From Minisyncoccia bacterium (GTDB taxonomy: Bacteria > Patescibacteriota > Minisyncoccia > Phycocordibacterales > Phycocordibacteraceae): DNA of 64,000 nt. A model generated the notes under the pieces. The model was not told the DNA's origin. It saw nothing but the letters and a program-made list of their open reading frames with translations, and did not search any database. Position 1 is the first letter of the stretch. Each line of letters opens with the position of its first letter. The translations under genes and the position numbers were made by a program. Below are positions 56,335 through 64,000 of this stretch, piece by piece. The stretch spans positions 22,426 to 86,425 of the forward strand of contig JBBRPE010000002.1 in assembly GCA_038228545.1 (NCBI GenBank). Reading direction: 5' to 3'.

Positions 56335-57159
56335 ATGGACCCTCGAACACTACCTTCGGACGACCAGCAACTTGAGAACGCAATGGCGTATCTGCTCAAC
56401 ACGCTACCAAAACCCTTACAAGATTTTCTTTTGAGTGATGAGCGTAATCAGATTGCTCTCTCGCTCTCTCAAAAATATGGTCTGCATGTCGACCAGGCAG
56501 GGGAGTTTGAGCGTGGTTTCCTCTATCTACTTATGGGTTCCATCACCCCGGGAGAATTCGCCAGCATGCTTGAGACCGCCGGCATTTCTAAAGAGAGCAC
56601 TATGGGGCTTATGGCAGACGTAAATGAGCAAGTCTTTAAGCGCTTGCGTGATGCTGAAAAATTACAGCAACATTCTGCTGTATCGGCACCTGACATACAA
56701 CGATCTAACGCAGTCGATGCTATCCTTGCCGCTCCGGCACCGATTGCACCTCCCGCTCCAGTACCACTTATTCCTGCCGCTGAGCTGGTCACTCCTCAGC
56801 CCGCTACCACAGCTCCTCTGTATGCTACTCCGACAGTGCCTCAGCGGGTAACGCTCCCGACACCAACACCAGTTTATACTCCTCAAGCAGCGACGGTTCC
56901 TGCCTACAGCGAACATTCTTCTATGCGTACCATGGCAACCGATATGCAGGCTGTGAAAGAAAACCGTCCAGCGATGCCTGTCTTCGAGCAGGTCGCAGTT
57001 ACTCAGGTTGCGAGCACGACTGTTACTACAGCACCGATACCCGTCGCACAGCCAGTGATGGAAACATCAGGAAAGACCGCTCCTGCTCCTGTAAATCTTC
57101 CTGGTGCTCCGATGATTAAGCAGTACGGTGTTGACCCATACCGAGAAGCTATCCAATAG
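56335..57159 (+). CDS. hypothetical Pro/Ala-rich protein in T4SS-like cluster
   Basis: ORF only. Confidence 0.4.
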   Translation: MDPRTLPSDDQQLENAMAYLLNTLPKPLQDFLLSDERNQIALSLSQKYGLHVDQAGEFERGFLYLLMGSITPGEFASMLETAGISKESTMGLMADVNEQVFKRLRDAEKLQQHSAVSAPDIQRSNAVDAILAAPAPIAPPAPVPLIPAAELVTPQPATTAPLYATPTVPQRVTLPTPTPVYTPQAATVPAYSEHSSMRTMATDMQAVKENRPAMPVFEQVAVTQVASTTVTTAPIPVAQPVMETSGKTAPAPVNLPGAPMIKQYGVDPYREAIQ

Positions 57160-57191
57160 AAACTCGATGTCAGTCGGTTATACTGATAGCA

Positions 57192-57605
57192 ATGGAGTAT
57201 CAGGTACCGCAGTTCATCGAGGTTGAAGACAAGATATTCGGCCCCTTCACACTCAAGCAATTTATATATATTGCGGGTGGTGTTGGAGTATCCGTTGCTA
57301 TCTTTCTGTACACCCCTCTTTTCATTGCCGTCCTTCTCATTATCCCGATTGCAGCTCTTACTGCGGCGCTGGCGTTTTACAAAATAAACAACAAGACTTT
57401 TATCGAAGTACTTGAAGCGGGATTCAATTACTACACGAAAGGGAGACTCTACCTTTGGCACAAAGATACGTCTGAGCGCTCGCAAACACCCGCCGCTCCG
57501 GCTCCTATAGTAGTGACACGCCAGAAACTCGGCCTTACGCAGGGAAAGTTGCAGGAGCTCGCATGGTCGCTCGATATCAAGGACCAGAACCAGCCTCCCG
57601 TATAA
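57192..57605 (+). CDS. PrgI-family (VirB3-like) small membrane protein
   Basis: YQVPQFIEVEDKIFGPFTLKQFIYIAGGVGVSVAIFLYTPLF matches PrgI/VirB3-like N-terminus + 2 TM. Confidence 0.65.
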   Translation: MEYQVPQFIEVEDKIFGPFTLKQFIYIAGGVGVSVAIFLYTPLFIAVLLIIPIAALTAALAFYKINNKTFIEVLEAGFNYYTKGRLYLWHKDTSERSQTPAAPAPIVVTRQKLGLTQGKLQELAWSLDIKDQNQPPV

Positions 57606-57608
57606 CGT

Positions 57609-58262
57609 ATGGCACTACCACAAGCAACTCAGGATTTTGTACCAGTTCGGGAAGTGCGCAATGGCGTCATTATTCTTAAGGACGATGGCTACCGCGCTGT
57701 AATGATGTGTTCATCACTCAATTTCTCTTTGAAATCAGAAGACGAACAGGCGGCAATCGTCGGAGGCTTCCAGTCTTTCCTTAATACGCTCGATTTTTCG
57801 GTGGAGATAGTGGTGCATTCCCGAAAAATGGACATCCGTCCGTATCTAACTCTTTTGGAGCAGCGCATCGATTTACAGCAGAGTGAGCTCATGCGTATTC
57901 AGTTACGAGAGTATATCCAATTCGTTCGGGGGTTTATGGATTCTGCCGAGATAATGACAAAACTTTTCTATGTCGTTGTTCCGTACACACCAGCAATAGC
58001 ATTACAACTTTCCAAGGCACTTCCTTTTACAGGGAAGAAACACCCTGAGGCCAAGGGTGGTATCGTCGACAACTTCGAGGAGGACCGTATACAACTTGAG
58101 CAACGTATGTCACTTGTTGCGGCGGGACTTCAGTCAGCCGGTATACGCGCAGTCCCACTGACAACTGAAGAAACTATCGAACTGCTGTACCGCTCCTTTA
58201 ATATTGGCCAGATTGAAAGCCCTATCCATCTTGATGGTGGCGCACCTTCCGCGCGTACATAA
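57609..58262 (+). CDS. VirB4/TraC N-terminal-domain-like protein (standalone)
   Basis: Resembles N-terminal region of following VirB4-like ATPase; sits between PrgI-like and VirB4 genes. Confidence 0.4.
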   Translation: MALPQATQDFVPVREVRNGVIILKDDGYRAVMMCSSLNFSLKSEDEQAAIVGGFQSFLNTLDFSVEIVVHSRKMDIRPYLTLLEQRIDLQQSELMRIQLREYIQFVRGFMDSAEIMTKLFYVVVPYTPAIALQLSKALPFTGKKHPEAKGGIVDNFEEDRIQLEQRMSLVAAGLQSAGIRAVPLTTEETIELLYRSFNIGQIESPIHLDGGAPSART

Positions 58263-58265
58263 CAT

Positions 58266-60089
58266 ATGGCACTACTCGACTTCCTCGGACGAAATAGAAA
58301 AGAGACAGTGGCAATGACTCCTGTGTTGCCAAAAGATATATATGCGCAAGGGGCGCTCCAGCTTACAGATGCGATTGCCCCGGCCGCACTTAAGGTAAGT
58401 GCAAAGGAAATTGAGCTTGGAGAGAAATTTTCTCGCTCGTTCTACACTATTTCTTACCCGCGTTTCCTTACGGACGGTTGGTTCATACAGGTAATTAACC
58501 TCGCGCGTCAGCTTGATATCGCCATATTCATACATCCAGTTGAGACCGGCCTAGCGCTTCGGAACTTCCAGAAAAAAGTCGCAGAGGTGCAAAGTCAGAT
58601 TTCCGACCGTGAACAGAAAGGTCTCGTCCGTGACCCACTTCTCGATACTGCCTACCAAGACCTTGAAACACTTCGCGACCGGTTGCAACAGGCGGAAGAA
58701 AAACTCTTTGATGTCGGACTGTATCTCACACTCTATGGAGACACCAAGGAGGAGCTCGACAAGATAGAAGGAGAGGTACGCGGTCTTCTTGACGCGAAAC
58801 TTGTCTATACAAAGCCTGCACTCTTCCAGCAAGAACAGGGATTCCGCTCTACACTTCCGCTTGCACTCGATGAACTCCAAGTCAATTCCAAACTGAATTC
58901 CTCGCCCCTCTCTTCCATATTCCCATTCGTTTCGTTCGACCTCACAAGCGACCACGGCATTCTTTATGGCATCAACCGCCACAACGCTTCTCTCATCCTC
59001 TTTGACCGTTTCTCGCTTGAGAACTACAACTCGGTTGTGTTTGCGAAGTCGGGCTCCGGTAAGTCATACGCTGTGAAGCTCGAAATCTTGCGTTCGCTTA
59101 TGTTCGACACTGATGTCATTGTTATCGACCCTGAGCAGGAATATGAGTACTTGGCGAACGCTACAGGCGGACGTACTTTTAATATTTCGCTTTCGAGTGA
59201 GCACCATATCAATCCGTTTGATTTACCGCCAGTGAAGGAAGACGAGGAGCCGGGTGATATTCTTCGCTCGAACATCATTAACCTGGTTGGTCTTTTCCGT
59301 ATTATGCTCGGTGGTCTATCCCCGGAAGAGGACGCTATTATCGATCGCGCAATTACGGAAACCTACGCCCTTAAGGACATTACGGGCGATAACGATTTCA
59401 CGGGTGTTGAGCCACCCCTGCTTTCTGATTTTGAGAACGTTCTTTCTGGCATGGAAGGAAGTGAGTCACTTCTCCAGCGACTTTCGAAGTACACACATGG
59501 CACCTGGGCGGGATTCATAAATCGTCCGACTAATATCGACATCAAGAAACAGTTTATTGTCTTCTCGGTCCGTGACATGGAAGATGAACTCAAGCCGGTC
59601 GCCATGTACATCATTACGCATTTTATTTGGAATGCGGTACGTCATGAGCTTAAAAAACGCCTTCTGGTAATCGATGAAGCGTGGTGGATGATGAAGTCGG
59701 AAGATACTGCATCGTTCCTCTTCTCGCTTGCAAAACGCGGACGTAAATACTTCCTTGGCCTTGCGACTATTACTCAGGACGTCGAAGACTTCTTGAAGAG
59801 TCCGTATGGCCGTCCTATTCTTACCAACTCTTCGATTCAGCTTCTCCTCAAGCAATCGCCGACAACGATTGACGTGCTCAAGGAGACCTTCAATCTCACG
59901 GAACAGGAGAAATACTTACTTCTTGAATCAGGGGTGGGGGAGGGACTTTTCTTTGCTGGTCTTAAGCATGTGGCGATTAAAATCGTCTCTTCGTATACGG
60001 AGGACCAAATCATCACGTCTGACCCGTCTCAGTTGCTTTCCATAAAGCAGGAGAAAGACCGTCTCGACAGCCAAGCTGCGGGCGCCTAA
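58266..60089 (+). CDS. VirB4/TrbE/PrgJ-like type IV secretion ATPase
   Basis: Walker A AKSGSGKSY, Walker B LLVIDEAWWM, CagE/TrbE/VirB domain order. Confidence 0.8.
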   Translation: MALLDFLGRNRKETVAMTPVLPKDIYAQGALQLTDAIAPAALKVSAKEIELGEKFSRSFYTISYPRFLTDGWFIQVINLARQLDIAIFIHPVETGLALRNFQKKVAEVQSQISDREQKGLVRDPLLDTAYQDLETLRDRLQQAEEKLFDVGLYLTLYGDTKEELDKIEGEVRGLLDAKLVYTKPALFQQEQGFRSTLPLALDELQVNSKLNSSPLSSIFPFVSFDLTSDHGILYGINRHNASLILFDRFSLENYNSVVFAKSGSGKSYAVKLEILRSLMFDTDVIVIDPEQEYEYLANATGGRTFNISLSSEHHINPFDLPPVKEDEEPGDILRSNIINLVGLFRIMLGGLSPEEDAIIDRAITETYALKDITGDNDFTGVEPPLLSDFENVLSGMEGSESLLQRLSKYTHGTWAGFINRPTNIDIKKQFIVFSVRDMEDELKPVAMYIITHFIWNAVRHELKKRLLVIDEAWWMMKSEDTASFLFSLAKRGRKYFLGLATITQDVEDFLKSPYGRPILTNSSIQLLLKQSPTTIDVLKETFNLTEQEKYLLLESGVGEGLFFAGLKHVAIKIVSSYTEDQIITSDPSQLLSIKQEKDRLDSQAAGA

Positions 60090-60092
60090 CCT

Positions 60093-61199
60093 ATGGCAGA
60101 ACCAGCCCGCCGGCCGGATGGGGAAGAGGGACAGGAGCGGAAACCGCTTAATCTTCGACAGAAGGTGAGTGATGGAGCCGATCTCATTCCTTTCGTAGGA
60201 GGAGTAAAGATGATGGGCGAGTCAGTCGCCGGCAAGGATGTGGCTGGGCGAACTCTTTCTGGAAGAGAGCGTGTGGCACACGGTGCCATGGGGGCGGGTA
60301 GTCTTGCACTCGATTTTACTGGTGTAGGGGAGGTGGAGAAAGCAGGCCTCGCGGCCGAGAAGGCGGCGATTGGCTTTACTGAGAAAGAAGGGGCGGAATC
60401 ACTCGGTAAGGATACTGTCCGTCCTCAGGAGGAAAGTGCTCAACGTCATTTTGTTGAACGAGGAGCATCCGACGCACGTAAGAATATTGAAGTACTACGA
60501 CGTCAACGCGATCGTGTGCCGGGAGAAGGGCAGAGGCGTCGTGAAGTACCAGGCCAGGAGCAACTGCGACCAGGCGATCCTGACGACGAAAAGACGCAAA
60601 AGAAACAGCGTGCTCGAACAAAGGCCAAGGAGGAGCGTGGTCAACGTAGACGAGGAGTCCGTTCGACGAACGATATCCTTGCAAACAAGGGAGATTTGAA
60701 TGATGCCCAGGCAATCGGTATGGTGCGTCAGGCAATACGCTCGACGTTTGAGAATATTGAAACGAGCTTCAGTAAAGCCGGCGAGCACTTTGATACCGAG
60801 GATGTAGAGAAAATAGTGAACGATACGCCACCTCCACCATCATTCCCGTATTTCATGGTAGTGATTGCACTTATTAAGGATTTGATTGACATCCCGGGAG
60901 ACCTTCTTGTTGTTGGTGTTATTTTAACGACTATTTTGGCCATTGTAGCCGATCTTATTATTTTTATGTGGTCGTGGCATAAAATGGGTGGGTGGTGGTG
61001 GAAGAAAATGATTTTCACCTGGTTTTGGAAACGTTTTATATTTGAAGTTATTATTGAAATCATTCCCTTTGCTCAGATTATCCCCGCAACCACAATCCTG
61101 GTACTCATGACCCATTACCGCGAAACAAAAATAGTAAAACTTCTTAACGGAGCTCTGGAAGAGATACACGAGGCAGGAATTCTCAAATATATTACGTAA
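60093..61199 (+). CDS. hypothetical protein, charged disordered N-terminus + C-terminal Trp-rich TM region
   Basis: ORF in T4SS-like cluster. Confidence 0.4.
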   Translation: MAEPARRPDGEEGQERKPLNLRQKVSDGADLIPFVGGVKMMGESVAGKDVAGRTLSGRERVAHGAMGAGSLALDFTGVGEVEKAGLAAEKAAIGFTEKEGAESLGKDTVRPQEESAQRHFVERGASDARKNIEVLRRQRDRVPGEGQRRREVPGQEQLRPGDPDDEKTQKKQRARTKAKEERGQRRRGVRSTNDILANKGDLNDAQAIGMVRQAIRSTFENIETSFSKAGEHFDTEDVEKIVNDTPPPPSFPYFMVVIALIKDLIDIPGDLLVVGVILTTILAIVADLIIFMWSWHKMGGWWWKKMIFTWFWKRFIFEVIIEIIPFAQIIPATTILVLMTHYRETKIVKLLNGALEEIHEAGILKYIT

Positions 61200-61253
61200 T
61201 TTTGTGCCCAGGTATGATGGTTTTGGTAGGTAGGGTGGCGGTATACTACTCAT

Positions 61254-62240
61254 ATGCGAATCTACGGCAAGATGTTCGTGCCGCTCCTTGTGGCTTCTTT
61301 ATTTTTTGTGACATATCCAGCACATGCGCAATTTGATACGGGTCAATCGCTCTCAATTATCGTGTCTCCGCAGAACCCTCGTCCATACGACACAGTGACT
61401 ATCACTCCTGACAGTAACGCTATTGATCTCATTGCGAGTCTGGTGACTGTAAGTGTTAACGGAAAGGTAGTCGAAACAGGTACAGGAGCTCAGAGCATTC
61501 CGGTAACTATTGGAGGACCGGGAGAGACAACTAAAATAAGTGTAACTGCTAAAATAGGGGGTGCCAGCTATACCAGTACTGTTTTGCTTAAGCCGGCAGA
61601 TGTTTCACTTGTGATCGAGCCAGTCTCGATCACCCACCCGTTTTATTTGGGTGGGGGACTCGTCGCACCGTCCGGACGTGTCCGCATTATAGCTCTACCA
61701 GATTTGCGTACGACACCAAATGTACGATTGAATCCGTCCACTCTTATCTACACATGGAAGCTGGGCGATCAGATACTCAAAGGAGATTCCGGAATCGGAC
61801 GTTCAATGCTTGTGGCGACAGCGCCTGTGCGATACCGTGACGCACAAGTTTCTGTGACGGTTACCAATTCGGATTCTACGCTTGTAGCCCAGAGTGCCAC
61901 TACCATTTCACCCGTTGACCCTGTTTCTCGGGTTTACCATAATGACGCACTCATGGGTCCAGATTTTGACCATGCACTTTCAGCTTTTATTATGACGACC
62001 CAAGAAGAGGCGTTCCGGGTCGTTCCGTATTATTTCGCAACCCTGCCGTCGCTCTCGTGGGCAGTAAACGGACAATCAGCAAGTAATGATGCCGATGTAA
62101 CGGTGCGAACTACCGGGTCAGGGAAGGGGACTGCGACCCTTTCGCTCACTGCTATCGACAGTGCGACTCGACAGAGTTCATCTGCAAGCCTGCCGATAAC
62201 ATTCGGGGCACGAAAGTCGGTTAATATATTTGGATTCTAG
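61254..62240 (+). CDS. secreted beta-rich hypothetical protein (signal peptide MRIYGKMFVPLLVASLFFVTYPAHA)
   Basis: Signal peptide + Thr/Ser/Val-rich. Confidence 0.45.
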   Translation: MRIYGKMFVPLLVASLFFVTYPAHAQFDTGQSLSIIVSPQNPRPYDTVTITPDSNAIDLIASLVTVSVNGKVVETGTGAQSIPVTIGGPGETTKISVTAKIGGASYTSTVLLKPADVSLVIEPVSITHPFYLGGGLVAPSGRVRIIALPDLRTTPNVRLNPSTLIYTWKLGDQILKGDSGIGRSMLVATAPVRYRDAQVSVTVTNSDSTLVAQSATTISPVDPVSRVYHNDALMGPDFDHALSAFIMTTQEEAFRVVPYYFATLPSLSWAVNGQSASNDADVTVRTTGSGKGTATLSLTAIDSATRQSSSASLPITFGARKSVNIFGF

Positions 62241-63201
62241 TATGCGTACGACTCACTATCTCCTACTCGGTGCGCTCCTGATTCTTCCTGTTGCTGCAGC
62301 GGCACAAGGAAGTGATACAACGGCCTTCGTTCCGCTTTTACCTCAACTTCCAGGGATTTCAACACTTGAGACGAGTACCACACTCGCACCATTTCTAAGT
62401 CAGATATATAAAATATGTATCGGTGCGGCGGCGGTACTAGCAGTGCTCCAACTCATGCGTGCTGGTGTTATGTATATGGGAGGTGACAGTATCACAGAAA
62501 AGAAGGAGGCTCGCGAACTTATAACTCTTTCGATAGTTGGCCTTATTCTTGTGCTCTCACCGGTAATTGTGTTCAGTATCATCAATCCAAAGATTTTGAA
62601 TCTTGATATTAATGCAGCATCGCTCAAGACGGAGATTCAGAATATACAAGCTATTCCAGGACAAACAACCGCTGCTGATGGAAGTGTGTCCCGCTCTGTG
62701 TCTGCTGGGCCGTCAAGTACCTGTACGCAAGCAACTTGTAGTGCAGTAAACGGAGAGTATAGCGAGGCAGTGTGCTATAACGCGTCTTCCGGAAGTGTTA
62801 CTGCATTTAACTCAAAATTTTGTTCGGCAGGTTATAGCCGTGCAAGTAGTTGTAGTGTTGCTGCGTCAGGCTGCACCCCTGCAACCCAACGGGTAAGTGG
62901 CCCCACAAGTAGTGCAACAGCATGTCCCATATACACAGCAGGACAAACAATTAGCGGGAACTGTGTGGATTCATGTAATGCCCAGCCGGGTTTCCAAGCT
63001 CAGATAAGACCAGCGCGTGGACAAGTTTGTAATCTGAAACCTGTGGCTACAACACCTGCAGCGGCCCCAACGGGACCAGCGAGGTATCCTCGTAATGCAA
63101 CTACTAACGTAGCTAATCCATACGACTTAGATCAGTGCCAACTTCAAGGATGTACACTGAACCGGTCTGGTAGGGGTGCTTCATGTACCTGTCCCACATA
63201 G
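62230..63201 (+). CDS. VirB2/TrbC-like T4SS pilin with long Cys-rich C-terminal extension
   Basis: Signal peptide, two hydrophobic segments ICIGAAAVLAVLQL / LITLSIVGLILVLSPVIVF typical of VirB2 pilins; 17 Cys in C-terminal 150 aa. Confidence 0.5.
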   Translation: MDSSMRTTHYLLLGALLILPVAAAAQGSDTTAFVPLLPQLPGISTLETSTTLAPFLSQIYKICIGAAAVLAVLQLMRAGVMYMGGDSITEKKEARELITLSIVGLILVLSPVIVFSIINPKILNLDINAASLKTEIQNIQAIPGQTTAADGSVSRSVSAGPSSTCTQATCSAVNGEYSEAVCYNASSGSVTAFNSKFCSAGYSRASSCSVAASGCTPATQRVSGPTSSATACPIYTAGQTISGNCVDSCNAQPGFQAQIRPARGQVCNLKPVATTPAAAPTGPARYPRNATTNVANPYDLDQCQLQGCTLNRSGRGASCTCPT

Positions 63202-63204
63202 CAT

Positions 63205-64000
63205 ATGCGACGTACCCTTCTGATTACCGCGGCAGTCGTTCTCCTCATCGCACTAGGTGTTGGAGTGTATTTTGTTTTCTTTACCAAGAAAGGAGGGCTT
63301 ACGGTGGGGCAGGGGACAAGCTTCCCGAGTTCAGACACAAATGGTGCAAATAGTGCGGTGGTGAGTGCCTCAACTCAAGAGCTTGGTGTACCGCTTGCAA
63401 ACGCCGGGACGGATATCGCACCAGGCTTGGTACGTATAACCAACACACCAGTTTCACTTGGAAGTGTCGCTACGTATGTTCCTGGACAAGTAGCGGGTAC
63501 AAGCACAGCCACGAGCGCCCCACTTACGTCCTACCAGCCGGATGTACGCGTCGAATATATTGAACGTGAAAGTGGAAACATATATGACTATCAGGCACAC
63601 GCACGCACCCTTACCAGGCTTTCAAACAAGACTCTCCCGGGTGTCGAAGAGGCCACTTGGCTACCGGATGGCTCGCTTGCATATGCGCGTTTCCTCGACA
63701 AAGGAAGCGGGAGCGAGCATATAGGGACCTATGCACTTCCTGCGACAGGCACTGGCGGATACTTTCTCGAGCCGGGCCTCGCCCAGGTAATCGCGCGTGG
63801 CACCAGCACGCTCGTAACGTTACTTTCCACTACAGACGGTTCTTCAGCGACCATATCAACTCCTTCAGGAGCGGGTGTTCGGACCCTCTTCACAACCGCA
63901 TTATCTGCCATTCGTGTCGCTTTTTCAGGAAATAATTATGTCGTAACGACAAAAGGCTCAGCCACGAGTGATGGATATGCTTTTCTTGTTGACGCGAAGA
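63205..64000 (+). CDS. partial CDS (3' end beyond window): N-terminally membrane-anchored secreted protein
   Basis: Own translation, ATG at 63205 (MRRTLLITAAVVLLIALGVGVYFVFF...), open to window end; absent from ORF track presumably because no stop. Confidence 0.45.
   Translation, partial: MRRTLLITAAVVLLIALGVGVYFVFFTKKGGLTVGQGTSFPSSDTNGANSAVVSASTQELGVPLANAGTDIAPGLVRITNTPVSLGSVATYVPGQVAGTSTATSAPLTSYQPDVRVEYIERESGNIYDYQAHARTLTRLSNKTLPGVEEATWLPDGSLAYARFLDKGSGSEHIGTYALPATGTGGYFLEPGLAQVIARGTSTLVTLLSTTDGSSATISTPSGAGVRTLFTTALSAIRVAFSGNNYVVTTKGSATSDGYAFLVDAK

Overview
This 64-kb window reads as a compact, gene-dense bacterial chromosome segment of small-genome, Gram-positive-like character. A CPR/Patescibacteria-like origin is possible but is an inference only. 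Evidence for that character is a type IV pilus cluster with a giant pilin, a PrgI/VirB4/VirB6/VirB2 T4SS-like cluster, ComEC/ComM/MBL competence-type genes, many secreted or membrane hypotheticals, and tRNAs without encoded CCA beside a cca gene.

Housekeeping content:
- nusA, ppa, clpP, rny, hup, rarA, recJ, pgk-tpiA, rpmB, rpsO, pcrA, rsmA, sod, xth, a Xer-like recombinase, cca, and 4 tRNAs.

Accessory and unusual content:
1. One minus-strand gene chain from 8400 to 3586: site-2 protease, ECF sigma, membrane anti-sigma, FMN-binding protein, ApbE (no signal peptide), membrane FNR-like reductase.
2. An NfeD-flotillin pair.
3. An island-like segment (29.0-32.8 kb) between rarA and tRNA-Gly(UCC). 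It carries six small minus-strand ORFs. Four are preceded by the same bipartite RNA hairpin motif, whose stem substitutions are compensatory. The island also carries a divergent promoter/operator hub, a promoter-to-terminator bounded ~255-nt noncoding transcript, and a TrmB-like regulator.
4. Three paralogous ~150-250-nt elements, each immediately downstream of a tRNA gene (Gly-UCC, Pro-UGG, Gly-GCC). Each carries partial copies of its own tRNA's 3' end around a conserved core, and the core shows a compensatory hairpin change. These may be serial integration scars, miniature integrative elements, or tRNA-linked structured RNAs.
5. A thrice-repeated palindromic motif, TTTCACGTGRAA, in a convergent intergenic region.

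All calls come from reading the sequence and ORF translations by eye. No database searches were run, and GC content was not computed.
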